NCBI GenBank assembly: GCA_024626585.2
Contig: JANKJI020000001.1
Span: 3,542,760-3,582,154, forward strand
DNA length: 39,395 bases
Direction: 5' to 3'
Origin: Ginkgo biloba
Lineage: Eukaryota; Plantae; Ginkgophyta
Shown here: positions 13,600-25,449 of the stretch, piece after piece
Layout of the letters: each line of letters begins with the position of its first letter
Position numbering within the stretch: the first letter of the stretch is position 1
Translations under genes and position numbers: made by a program
Notes under the pieces: model-generated
Told to the model about the DNA's origin: nothing
The model's input: the letters and a program-made list of their open reading frames with translations, nothing else
Databases searched by the model: none

Positions 13600-14180
13600 T
13601 AAAGAAAGAAGAATAATCAAAGCAGGATGAAGCAGAAAAGGTTCGCTTTGAGTTAAAAGATGAAGATTTTGCATTTGAATATGAATCAGTAGAAGAAGAT
13701 AAACCTACTGAGGAAGAACCTTAGACTCTAGTCTTAATGAGATCAATTTGGAAGAGAAGACAACCTAAAAGGTATATCGCACTTGGTTTTTATTTTTATT
13801 TATTTTTATTTACTACTGATGATGATCCTAAAATGTTATGGAGGCACTTGATTCAATGGAAGGTAACTTATGGAAGAAGGCCATGGATGAAGAGATGATA
13901 GCCTTGGACAAGAATATGATATGGGATTTGGTCAAGTTTCCTATTCAAAGAAATCCTATTGGTAATAAATGGTTGTTCAAGAATAAGTTCAGTGTAGAGG
14001 GTAAAGTGGAGAAGTATAAATCTCGCTTGGTATAAAGGGATATTCCCAAGTGGAGGGAATTAATTTTGGTGAAATTTTTTCTCCTATTGTTAATTTAAGT
14101 TCTAGTAGATTTCTTTTGGTTGTTATTGGTGCTTTTGATTTTGACATAGAAAATATGGATATGGAGACAACATTTCTTCA
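13600..14180 (+). mobile_element. Ty1/copia pol fragment (integrase-RT linker and RT N-terminus), degenerate
   Basis: Reads RRQPKRY...DDP..MEALDSMEGNLWKKAMDEEMIALDKNMIWDLV...IGNKWLFK...VEKYKSRLV*REYSQVEGINFGEIFSP...MDMETTFL (RVT_2 motifs), with stops and frameshifts. Confidence 0.95.
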
Positions 14181-15570
14181 AACCCTACCTCATTCGACAT
14201 AATCAAAATGCAACACAATATCGAGATCTCCTATATATCTTGTATCACGTACAAGATAGGCTACTTTTCTTTAAAAATCAATTTTGCATTCCAAGTGATA
14301 CAAAACTCCTCAAACAGATAAAATGTTACAAGTCATTGATAGTCACACATTGTGACATTTACAAGACATACCTCTTCATTATGTCATCCTCGTATTGGCC
14401 AAACGTGAAGATTGATATCAATTCTTTGTGAAGCACTATTATGCAAAGTTGAAGGGAAGCTTCTAGCAAGACTTGCTGCAACCACTAGATATCCCACACG
14501 AATGATGGGAGAGTGTATCTTTGGATCTATAACCAATTTACCTTAATCAAATCCTCATAATTACCAGATTCTTGTAGTTGTTGATCAATTATCTAAATGG
14601 CCCATTTCATTACATGCAAAATGACACACATTGGTCATCGCATTGCCAAATTATTTTTAAAATATATTTTTTGTTTCCATGATTTACCTTACTCTATTAT
14701 TTATGATCACAAACAAAAATTACTTGGCAAGTATCTTATTGAAATCCTTCGGAACCCAACTCAATTTCAGCTCTTCCTACCTTCTAGAATATGATGGCCA
14801 GCTAGAATGAGTTACTCGAGTTTTATAAGATATGTTACAGAATTATGTCCACATAATTTAGTGTCTCAAAAAGATTACTAACACCTTGTTGAATTTTCTT
14901 ACAAAGTTTTTTTACCATAAATCGACCAAAGTAACCCCCTTACAAGCCACCTATGGCAAGAATCACTCCGATCGTCGCCTCAAACTGGATCATCGAAGGC
15001 AAACCATTTGAAACCATGAACAATTGGACATCATGAAAGACATCACTCTACAAACTCAAGATAAGATTGCTCCAGCATAGGCAGTTGATAAACACCAAGC
15101 CGTCAAACATTTGAATCAACATAATGATCAAGTGTTTTCATGTGTCACTTCCATCGTTATAAAGTAGCCATCTCAGTCCACTCTAAATTATAACCTTGTT
15201 TTTGTTGATTCGAAATGATTCATAAGAATTTTCCAACCAGCTATACACTAAGCTTGCCACCAACATGGGAAAAATCCACCCACTTTTTGCATCCCATGGT
15301 TGAAGCCATATTGTCCCCCAAAGGTCAATAATGATTTGGTTCCAAAATTTCTGAAAATAAAGTTGTATTAGCAACAGTGATAGAAATCGTCGAACACCGG
15401 ACACAAACCTTATGTTATTGAGTCATCAAGGAATATGTTGCCTAACGTAAGGCCACCCAGTAAGCAAAGCCATGTTGAACAAGAGATGCAAGCTTATACC
15501 AGTTTTGTCCAAAAATTTATTGCATCATTGGATATAACGGGGACATTGCTTTTAAAGATGAGGAATATGT
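14181..15570 (+). mobile_element. Ty3/gypsy integrase region through the PPT, degenerate (chromovirus-like)
   Basis: Reads LLFFKNQFCIP, YKTY...YWPN, LLQPLDIP..WESVSLD, ILVVVDQLS-MAHFI, GTQLNFSSSY..DGQLE. Ends with GGGACATTGCTTTTAAAGATGAGGAATA (PPT-like) followed by TGT at 15568, the expected start of the 3' LTR. Confidence 0.9.
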
Positions 15571-16370
15571 AAAAGAGTAATTAACTTATTTAAATCGCCT
15601 AATACTTTAGGCCGAAGTGTTCTGTTCCCATGGTTGGACACAACCTAACCTTTCCACCCATATATGATCTCGTACATTGTATTGTGTATTTATCAGTTGG
15701 ATTCCAGTCATCCAAGCATTGAGAACCACCCAATACTTGCAATGTTTCTTATTTCAATTGTATGAATGCCCTCAGCTAACATTGTGCGCATGCATGTCCA
15801 AGATCAGCCACAAGCTTGATCTCTAGTCCAATCTAGTTAATGGAAACGAGATCTGCCCATTTACATCATAAATCATGGGTCTTTGGATTATGTTGTGCCA
15901 CATGATTGAGAAGTTCGTTGAGAAGCAAGTTAGGGAGATTCATTAGATCCTGGGCAAGGTTGACAAAAGCACTTTGAGGAGAGCACAATGGATGCAGAGG
16001 ATGAAAAGAAGAGAATGAAACAAGAAATGGCATAGAAGTCAACAAGGGAGGAATTTGAACAAAATACAACGAAATCCATGCCAAAGAAAAGCAGCAAATG
16101 CATGAGAAGCTCACTAAAGCTGTTGTAGATAACTTTCTGGTTGACGGCAATTGGAAAAAGGCTTCAACTAAAATAAATGCAAATGGCTGCCTAAATAATA
16201 GTTCTGTAATGGTTTCTTAGATAAGTTGAGCTATTGGTACTTGACAACGACAAGGGCTAATTGACAGTTAACGTTGGACATACATGATGATGACTTGATG
16301 CTAACAACTAGATTTTGGCAGGACTTGTTGATGACACAAATCATAGCCAATAGCACAGCCATCTCCTTAA

Positions 16371-16606
16371 GCTGCTTGATCGACCAATACAGAATGATTA
16401 CATGGCCAGAGGTTTTTGTGAGTAGATGTTGGTTTCAACGCACAAGTGGCTAAACATTCCCATGCCTGCTCTTCTTTTGACATAATTCTGGCTGCTTGAT
16501 CAACCAATACAGAATGATTACGTGGCCAGAGGTTTTTGTGAGTAGATGTATGTTTTAACGCACAAGTGGCTAAATATTCCCATGCCTTTGTTTCGACATA
16601 ATTCTG
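16371..16606. repeat. Tandem duplication, two copies of ~120 bp
   Basis: GCTGCTTGATC...GACATAATTCTG at 16371-16490 and 16491-16606, with high identity. Confidence 0.95.
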
Positions 16607-17628
16607 AACCTCCCTAGCACACGCAAGATTATCCCTAATTGCTTGTTCTGGAGGATTTTTGACACTTATATTCTACTGATTCGGCTATGTTAAAGATTGA
16701 TGTTTCCATTATTTCCTTCATCCATTTTAACATTTGTCCATATGGGAATGATTCCATGTGTACGTTTCCCACGATCTTTCGTGGGACTTTCTACAGTTGC
16801 ATCCTTTGGTATTTCCTTGTATGTTTTTGGAAAAGAAATACTCTCACTTGGGTCTAATTTCTCTTTTACCAAAGGAGGTCTAATTAACTCTCTTATATTT
16901 TTTCTCCTGAACATTTTGTGAAGTCCCAAACAAAAATTTGTTTCACTTGAAGCAATAGCATTGACATATGTTGTTTCTACGGCCTCAGATTGACTAGTAG
17001 AAGCTGGTTATTTTTTAGTTTTTCCTGAATACATCCCATGGGGCATTCGCTCTAGCATAGATCACTTGTGGAGTGTTAGGACAAGGACAGTCTCTGAGAT
17101 AATGATGGCATGTAACTATGCTTTCCTTACATACTACCAGGGTGTTCAGAATTCGGTCCTTCCAATGAATCATAGTGATGAAGATTATAGAAGAAATTAT
17201 TTGCACTTTAGAAGGGGCAAAATTCTGTTAATTTTGGTTGATGGTTTGTTACAATTTGTGTTAGTGAACGTTTAAGCATTTCTGAGGTTTGTTTCTACCA
17301 ATCATTAGTGTAATAAGTTTTGTATAGTCTTTCTGCAACAGTGAGGCTTTGAACACAAGTTTTCAAAATGGAATAACATGTTTTTGTGAAACAAGTCTTT
17401 CATAGGTTGCTAGTTTGAAGCCTTCCAGCTGAGTCTTAATACAGAACCTAATGTAACTTTAGCAGCTACATGTCAAAGAAATCATTTCTTGTTGTTTTAT
17501 GTCAAATTTACTCTGTATAAAAGGTAGTGGCCAAAAACCCGTGTCCAAAATTCTGCTGCAAGTTTCTCTCATATTGCAGGCATTTCATTAAACATATATC
17601 TGATATGTTTGTATGAACATTTGTGCAG

Positions 17629-18413
17629 GAGAGTGTTTTATTATCAAATTGGGCAAGAAAGGGATGAAGTCAACAATGGCTGTAACTATCAGGATATGAT
17701 CTTACCAGGTGGATCATTCCCTTCTATTTCTTGTAGCAAGCTAAACTGTCCTGCAAATGACAGCCAACTGAAAGATTCGGCTCAATTCAAGGATAATGCT
17801 ACCAAAAGAAATGCCAAAATAGATAATCTCATTTCTGCACCCCCCTTTCAAATGGCTGATGAACCCGAAGGTTCAAGGCATGGGGGATATTTGGAAGGGC
17901 TGGTGACAAAACCAAATGGTTCCAATCTTTGTCCATATTCAATAGAGGACGAAGGAACTTGCTCAGACAATTGCAAACTCCCAGAAACTTCAGAGCGGTT
18001 AGATTCTATCATTAATGGCGAAGAACAGGAAGGCTGTTATATGTCTGTTGAATCATGTGGGTATGATTCTGTATTGCCCATAGAGAAGGCAGTATCTTTG
18101 GATAGAAAATCACTTAAAGTTGAAAGTCTGCTAGGGACTGGAATGGCTGAGGCAACTTCTGCTCAAGCTGTGTCAAGAGATCTGGTTCAAGACTCTAACA
18201 TCTATTAGCAGTTGGAACCCCTGAACGGCAATTTGAGGATTCGAGAACAATTGAATACGAATCTGAACCAGAACCAGAACATATGAATAGCAGCATTTGT
18301 TTTCAGATTCGTTTTAGAAATGATACATCACAGACGGAAGTTTTCATTGAGGGACCTGATCAGGACATGCTTGTGACTGATATCACCACGGCATTTAATG
18401 AAATGGGCATTAG
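17629..18413 (+). pseudogene. Large internal exon: S/E/D-rich linker plus N-terminal half of an ACT domain, with a frameshift at ~18197-18207
   Basis: Acceptor ttgtgcag at 17628 (phase 2). The frame is open to TAG at 18206. The -1 frame from 18199 reads HLLAVG...CFQIRFRNDTSQTEVFIEGPDQDMLVTDITTAFNEMGI. Donor AG|GTCTGT at 18414. Confidence 0.75.
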
Positions 18414-18650
18414 GTCTGTATTGCAGATTACAGCTGAATAAGAAAAACCAAAGCATGAAAATTCCAATTTTTATTGCACTGTCATTGAACTGTATAGTGG
18501 CGAGTTATTACATATCATTGAATATGTCAAATATTGCCAAATTATTGCTTTCATAAAATGAATAGATTCAAGTTTGGAATGATGCTTTTGAAGCTCTGTT
18601 TGTGATTATGCCTGACTCTGCAACCTAACTTGCTCACATTTCTCCTGCAG

Positions 18651-18813
18651 TGTACAGAAAGCCAGGATTGCAACCAAAGAAAAATGTATTGAAGATGTTT
18701 TCTATGTCATTGATGCAGAGACTGAGGCTCCTTTGGATCCTTCTGTATGGGATACTGTGAGGGAAAGAATGTTGCAGAGGATTCTTTTGCATAGAAAAGC
18801 TGCAGAGGAGTGA
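18651..18813 (+). pseudogene. Terminal exon completing an ACT domain (ACR/GlnD type)
   Basis: Branch-like CCTAAC and acceptor tttctcctgcag at 18650. It splices in frame to give MGI-S-VQKARIATKEKCIEDVFYVIDAETEAPLDPSVWDTVRERMLQRILLHRKAAEE*. The joined motif D..G/ML..DI..AF..MGISV..A.I.T....EDVFYV.D is typical of ACR/GlnD ACT domains. Confidence 0.85.
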
Positions 18814-20342
18814 GGTTTGATGGCACATCATATGAATCTGTTAGCATGGTTTCTGTAATTTTCTGGGACATATATTTTATTTGTTCCACTGTAAAAATTG
18901 CTGTTTTTTTTGTCAATTAGAAAACATCTGAGCTTGTAGATTAGGCTGAAATCTAACTCCAGGAGGGAGGGAATATCCATTATAATATGTTTGTAGTTTG
19001 CTCCCATCTGGGGGCACTTTTGCTCAAGATGCATCTGTAAGAATAACAAAATTTATTTAGCGTACAAAACATGGTGGCAAGCTCACTCATTTAACATGTT
19101 TTGTAGAGATGGTTTGCTGGCTTCCTTTTTACAACTTTTGCCAGCCAATATGAATCATTAAACATCACTATGTTGATCGATGGACATGGTGACAGTGACC
19201 TTCCTGCTTATTTCAACTATGATCAAGGACAATGCATTGTTTTAGTAGTATGCATCTCTGTCAAGGAGAGGATTCATATAACTTTAGACATGCTCACAAG
19301 ATCCCATCAATCCATTGTGGGGTTTGCAAATCTTTTACCCACACTCAGATTCATTGCATGTTTTGCTTCCCTGGCTCCTATGGCATTTTCACCCCTGATA
19401 TAGTGGATGGCCATCACATTTTCAGTGACATTTACAAAAATAGTTTTCGTAAATAGTTCAAAAATAAAAACCTTGCCATTATAAAGCTAGATGAGGTCTA
19501 TGACATTAGAAAATTCTATCCCTTTCAGCTTTATTCTAATTGCTGAAAGGTATATGACAGCGGTACCTCATCATTAATTGCTAACATGTTATTATGCCTG
19601 CCGAAGGTAGGGAATTGTAGGAATTTTTTTTCTAATCATTCGCTTATGTTTTTAGTCAATCATAACCATTTATTATTAGATGTTAAGATTTTTAAAATTT
19701 GATAGGTTTATTGAAAACTTAGCTATTTATTTTAGAAAAATATAATATTATTAATGTTCAAAATGATTTGGCCATGGATAATCAAATGACAATTTTAGCC
19801 TTCTTATTGTCCATTTAAAAAGAAATGCAAAATCTTGCCATGCCAATTCAATTGATATTTTAGTGTTGATATTTGACAAGTGGCATGCAATATTTATTGT
19901 AGATCATTACATATTAAAGTAATGATATTCTTATTAAAAACACATCACTAGAGTAATTGATGTTTCAGTTCAATTTGGAGACAAGAAACTTTTAGTCACA
20001 TTAAGTATGATTGACTTATGAATACGGTAGGATAGTAGCATAAAATGAAAGACAAAAGCAAAGCGAGAGTATTTCTTTTATTATGTTGTATTGTTGTATC
20101 GTCCAAAACTTTGTCATTGATATTGCATTTTTTCAATTGCTTCTTAATGCTCTAGTCTAAGTCACAAGGTTTGTTGATTTTTAAGAAAAAATGATTTTTG
20201 GGCGATTTTTAGGTACGACCGAAAAATAAAAAAAAAAATATTNNNNNNNNNNNNNNNNNNNNNNNNNNNNNNNNNNNNNNNNNNNNNNNNNNNNNNNNNN
20301 NNNNNNNNNNNNNNNNNNNNNNNNNNNNNNNNNNNNNNNNNN

Positions 20343-21031
20343 GTTCTATGGTTGTCAAAGAAGAAGCCAAAACTGTGCCGCTAGAGGCTAACCGCTACTG
20401 CAAATTAACCAGAGACCACTCAGCCTTTCTACGTTGTCTCCTCTACTCAATTTTATCCGTTCGTGGATATGTTTTTGGCTCATTAAAAATGGGAGTGTGT
20501 TTGTATGCATCAGAATCAGGAAATAGACAACCATGCGGGAATCTAGGAATGAGATGCGGTTTTTCCTAACTATAAGAAACTAGGAGTGGGTTCTCGTTTT
20601 CTTACCATAGGAAACTACAGCATGGGCCGGGCGAATGGAATTTCTTTTGCGCAATTTATGTACTGCATGATTTCGTGCAAGGTTCCGGAACGTGAGAGGC
20701 TGTGATTAACATCAAAGGTGCCTTCAAATCCCTGTGCAGAGTTTAAATCCTCCATTACCTGTATAACATCAAAGACATTACAGTGTGTTCTACTAGCTAG
20801 ATTAGCATAGTAATGCGCAGCTCTGCCAAAGTCTCCGAGGTAACGAACTGCAATATCTGCCAGGGCTTCCAGTGCGGATTGCTGGAAGCATTGAAACCCC
20901 GCACGTTCACATATTTGGCCAACTGCGATTTTAGCAACGGCACGACCAAACGCATCTCCACCTGCAGTAGCTGCTTCATTGGGTTTCTCTTTTGCTCCTG
21001 CTCCTCTTTCTCCACCATTGTTCATACTCAT
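20343..21031 (-). pseudogene. TAF8: TFIID subunit 8 (TAF8) pseudogene: bromodomain-associated histone fold plus TAF8_C region
   Basis: Reads DAFGRAVAKIAVGQICE...FQQSALEALADIAVRYLGDFGRAAHYYANLASRTHCNVFDVIQ...EIPFARP. Beyond the annotated stop it continues *FPMVRKREPTPSFL*LG...*IPAWLS/FPDSDAYKHTPIFNE...DKIE*RRQRRKAEWSLVNLQ*RL. TAG stops lie at 20615, 20570, 20543, 20443 and 20395, with a frameshift near 20524. It runs into a gap. Confidence 0.93.
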
Positions 21032-21829
21032 TGATTCATATCATCCCAGACCTCCTTTGCTAAGCTTTTATTAAATCTTTGAAAGGAAACGCCTTCGATT
21101 CTGAAATACCATAAATCTGTGCGATTAAACTCGTGATTAAATGAAAGGTAACCCCTCACCCAGTGGCGCACAATCCTGGATATTTCTGCTTCAAAGACGC
21201 CTTGGAAGGCTTCTGTCTATAGCTGTAAAAACATGGTAAACGTCCCTAACCTGCTGGTAGATTCGAGTAAACATCCATGGCTTCTCCAAAAATGACCAAC
21301 GACGGCCATGGCTACGACCACCTCAATTGTTAATGTTTACGAGGACAAATCTCCTTTACAAACCGTACAACCACCAAAACAAAATAAAAAAGGGTATCAC
21401 AGGACTCTCTCCCCAAAAAGGAACAATAGCAACAGCATAGACATATCAAAGGGTCCTCACATGAGAGGATTTTTTGTTGCCCATTACCATTTTGAGGTAC
21501 ACGGATGACTTAAGCGACCTTAGGGAGACAACATTGTAGTTTTTCATGTGGCAATGAGTTTGCAATGAATTTCATTGTCCAAAAATAAAATATTAATATT
21601 TTATTTTTTTAAGCGTATGCTGGTGGCAAAAAAATTGGATTATACAATGTTTTTCNNNNNNNNNNNNNNNNNNNNNNNNNNNNNNNNNNNNNNNNNNNNN
21701 NNNNNNNNNNNNNNNNNNNNNNNNNNNNNNNNNNNNNNNNNNNNNNNNNNNNNNNCCCTTCTAGATGCTGTAAAGAAGCCATCTCCATGAAGGTATCCTG
21801 TCATAGTTTGGTCATTTTGACCTTATCTC

Positions 21830-22457
21830 AGGACAAGACAAAGATTTAAGTGTGGGGGAGTGTTGGACGAGGAATCAAATGCATGTCATATATGGATTAG
21901 AATGACATCAATATGGGTTGGTTCACTGATAAGCAACAAAGAGGATTTGGTCGACAATGGTATAACCCTTTAGTAGCAATGGCACCAACAGAGGATAATG
22001 CTATACTAACATGAGTTGGCCTGATGATAAAGGTCTATACCAATATGAGTTGGCTCACCGATGAAGGTTGGGGTAGACCTTGATAATTCTTCACCGATGT
22101 CATTAGGGAAGACCGACATCACCTCACCAATATCTACTAAAGATGATCACCGACGCTGATAAGGGAATCCAAGACAAGTCTCTAACTTATTATGTACATT
22201 ATAATTACTGCAATGATTACTTAACCATCTACACCTTGTATATATATCTAACATAGGATAGGATATGAGAGAGAGAACTATTATGTAACATGATGTGATG
22301 TACTCATGCTTTATACCTTATGAGCAATAATATAAGGATTGGATGATTTTCCATAAGATCTATGTATAGTGTCTTATGTATATGAATGTGAAATTTATGT
22401 AATACAACTAGAGTGTGATTAACACTATAAACCCATTAGGCAATAACATGCTTAACA
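21830..22457 (+). mobile_element. Polypurine tract and 3' LTR of an LTR retrotransposon (Athila/Tat-like PPT)
   Basis: GGACAAG...TTTAAGTGTGGGGGAG is immediately followed by TGTTG at 21861. There is a TATA-like TGTATATATAT at ~22237 and a candidate terminus ...TTAACA at 22457. Confidence 0.75.
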
Positions 22458-23015
22458 ATACTCTATCTCCTCAAGTCTATACCACTTGGATTTTGTTGGA
22501 ATCTGTTCCTTAATGCCGATCCATAAAAAATCTTGCTTATCCCTCTAAGTGTCTCAAAGTTTCTACTATAAAATGCTATATTTTTTAAACACATCTTGTA
22601 CATCTAGTACCCGGTCTTCTCTGGATGGTGAAATTGTTCCTACCTCTTGATCTTCATTAATCATTGAAGNNNNNNNNNNNNNNNNNNNNNNNNNNNNNNN
22701 NNNNNNNTAGAATAAATTCCCTTTTAAGGCAACAAATGCAATAAATCTACATTCTCTCCCACCTATTGCATGATTTTGAATAGACTGTACCTAATGGATT
22801 TTATCTTTTACCTTGGACCCTATAACCATTTATTATTGTTCTATAACTAAACCATATATCCTACTAAAAAACTATAAGAAATTATATGCTAATCATGTTG
22901 CTCCTTATATCTTTGCNNNNNNNNNNNNNNNNNNNNNNNNNNNNNNNNNNNNNNNNNNNNNNNNNNNNNNNNNNNNNNNNNNNNNNNNNNNNNNNNNNNN
23001 NNNNNNNNNNNNNNN

Positions 23016-23450
23016 NTGAAAATAAAAGCAAAAGTAAAATGTAATTCATTTACTATTTTATCTACTATTTTTCACTTTATAACACACACATCCTGACGTG
23101 AGTTGTTCGACATGGCCTTTAAAAGTTGTTGCCCACCCACTCAGGACACAGGGCCACTCTAAGTGGTTGTGGTTGTGGTTGGAGAACAATCTATCAGACT
23201 GGTAACATAAAAGGTACAATATTATTTTTATCTAGAGAAACCCTCATGGGAGTGGAGTGGAGCTCTTTCATCTTTGAATGAATCTCTCACTCTACTATTC
23301 TTTCTCTCTTTCTGCTCTCTACTTCAACAAAAACCAACGATAAATCCCTCTCTATGGTTGAGTGCCCATTTTAACTGCTTCACTATTGAAGGAAATTAAA
23401 CCATTTTTTGTACCCATCCCGCTGGAAGAAAAATTGAAATAATATTCATT
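23016..23450 (-). mobile_element. LTR fragment
   Basis: CTAGAGAAACCCTCA (~23233) is the reverse complement of the LTR motif at ~6036, followed by CT-rich LTR-like sequence. Boundaries are approximate. Confidence 0.4.
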
Positions 23451-23484
23451 ATCATCATGCCTAATAAATATTATTACAATAAGG

Positions 23485-24050
23485 AGTTATTCCTCCTGGG
23501 CCTTTCCTTTATTTCCTGGGTTGGCTAAGACACTATCGTGGCTAGGAATTATTCCTCTTGGGCCTCGCCTTTCCTTCCTAGATCCCAGTTCCTTCTTGGG
23601 TCAGCTAGGATACTATCATGACTAGGACATAGATGTGGCTCCTTTTCCAAATTTTTCTTGTTCCTTCATGGGTCCCACTTTTCCTACCTTAATGTTTTCC
23701 TTCCTAAAAAAAAATTCCTCCCTTAGTGAGTAAAAGAGCATATGTCCACCTAAGAATTACTCTTTCTTGATTGCACCACATTGTAATAGATTTTCAGGTG
23801 TGCAAAGTTTATTCTATTATTTAATGTGTTCCCTCATGGGCACCTTCCTCCTCCCTTAGTGAGTAAGGGATCCTTCCTCACCTAGGACAAGGTTCCTTCT
23901 TATTCCTCCCTTATTACACCACCTTGAATTATGTTTTCAGGTTCGCAAACTTTATTATCTTCTGTGGTATTCATATCCTAGATCCTTTTTCCTCCCTTAT
24001 CGACTAAGGGAGCCATTTACTCACCCAAGATGAGAAAGTGCCTGGGGCCC
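23485..24050. repeat. Degenerate tandem repeats (~60 bp and ~135-140 bp periods)
   Basis: TTATTCCTC..GGGCCT recurs at ~23487 and ~23549. TCCTCCCTTAGTGAGTAA and variants recur at ~23716, ~23850 and ~23990, with ACACCAC...TTTTCAGGT after the first two. Confidence 0.6.
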
Positions 24051-24254
24051 ATAGTTTTTCTTTCATTTATGTTTCTGTATATTTTTCCTCCATGTTCACA
24101 TTAGAAAGAACTTTACATCAAGAGCAAGTCTATTAAGGGTAACTTGAGGCTAATNNNNNNNNNNNNNNNNNNNNNNNNNNNNNNNNNNNNNNNNNNNNNN
24201 NNNNNNNNNNNNNNNNNNNNNNNNNNNNNNNNNNNNNNNNNNNNNNNNNNNNNN

Positions 24255-24760
24255 AAGTAGTCTAAAGATTGGTTCTCTTCTTAGTTTTCTATTAAAATCC
24301 TCTAAGTTAGATGCCATTGGGGTCTCCACCACTAATTTATATGGAATAACACCTAAGATGGTAGCATGGATTTTAGGGGATGAGAATGATAATGAGGTAA
24401 GTGTACTTGTGAAGAAAGATGACTTAGATTTCTTACTAATAAAATAATCTATCATAAGAGGAAAAAAACCAAGTTATGCCTATAAATTAACATTTATAAA
24501 TAGGAAACAAAACACTTGACTAGGAAAAATCTAGAGATCTTGAGTACTCGATCCACTATAAAGTCCTTTAATACTAATTTCTACATTAATTGTGGAGGAT
24601 ATATGTAGAGTAGGAAAAGTTGACACTTTATGCCCTAAGTTCTCCCTCACTAAGGTATTTTGTGATATATCTAAATCATCTACAAGATCTGAACACTAAA
24701 GCAACAAACATTAAATAACACCATTTCCCTAAGCTCACACATAACTCCCTAGGTATTATA
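24255..24760 (-). mobile_element. Highly degenerate LINE RT fragment
   Basis: The minus strand gives LVDDL (~24665-24690, resembling the FADD motif) and ISKKSKSSFF...ILGVIPYKLVVETP (resembling INxxKS...ILG...KYLGxP). Confidence 0.4.
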
Positions 24761-25449
24761 TTTTAATTTATCGACATAGGAGTATTTTTTCTATAACAAA
24801 GCCTCTTATTATCCTCAAGGTAAGCAAAAATACCTACAACCCTTATTTCTACAATTTGATAGAATCCCATTTTTCTTGGATAATATTAAAGTAAATTAGA
24901 AATCTAATCAACCTTTTTCTATGAATATTATTTTTCCAAGCATTATATGATGAAAACAATATAGAGGGTAACATGCATTAGAGTAGTAGAAAACCATGCA
25001 AATTTCGAACCACTTGAAATCCCATGAATGATCACTTCTTTGTTGATCATTATAGGTGACATGGTCCTATGTTTCCTGACATAGATATGATATGTAATAC
25101 ATAGGGAATATGTTTATATGATATAAGAAAACAAAATAACATTTATAAATATGATCTATAGTGGCAGGCTCATGGTTTGGTTTACTTGTTAGGATATAGA
25201 AAATAATACAATATTCCTATGGTAAAAAGTTTATAGAAGTTGGAAGAATTTTTGATAATATTCATAGGTGAATACTATTAATCAATGGACATTTTAAGTT
25301 AAAGGATGTTGGATTAATCATACTTTATGGGAACTCTAATTGATTATTTTAAAAGTGGGTATGACAGTTTTATGCTTGTAGGGTAGAGAATCTTAAACAC
25401 CAAACCATTGACAAAATAAAATGTTTAAATATCAAGTAATTATTGAGTA

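Noticed and set aside
17609-18208. Assignment to TZP (tandem zinc knuckle/Plus3) based on SVESC...QDS
   Set aside because: Only a few residues match in low-complexity sequence, and the downstream exons encode an ACT domain, not zinc knuckles or Plus3.
18126-18211. A small intron that would remove the frameshift (A|GTCTGC ... TAG/CAG)
   Set aside because: It is phase-compatible but lacks a polypyrimidine tract and has coding-like composition. A 1-nt deletion is more parsimonious given the other lesions, though RNA-seq is needed to exclude it fully.
19170-19456. Overlapping short ORFs between the two pseudogenes
   Set aside because: No recognisable protein. Probably 3' UTR or intergenic sequence.
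21223-21250. GT...AG stretch on the minus strand in the TAF8 5' region
   Set aside because: At only 28 nt it is too short for a functional plant intron. It could be a deleted remnant but cannot be supported.
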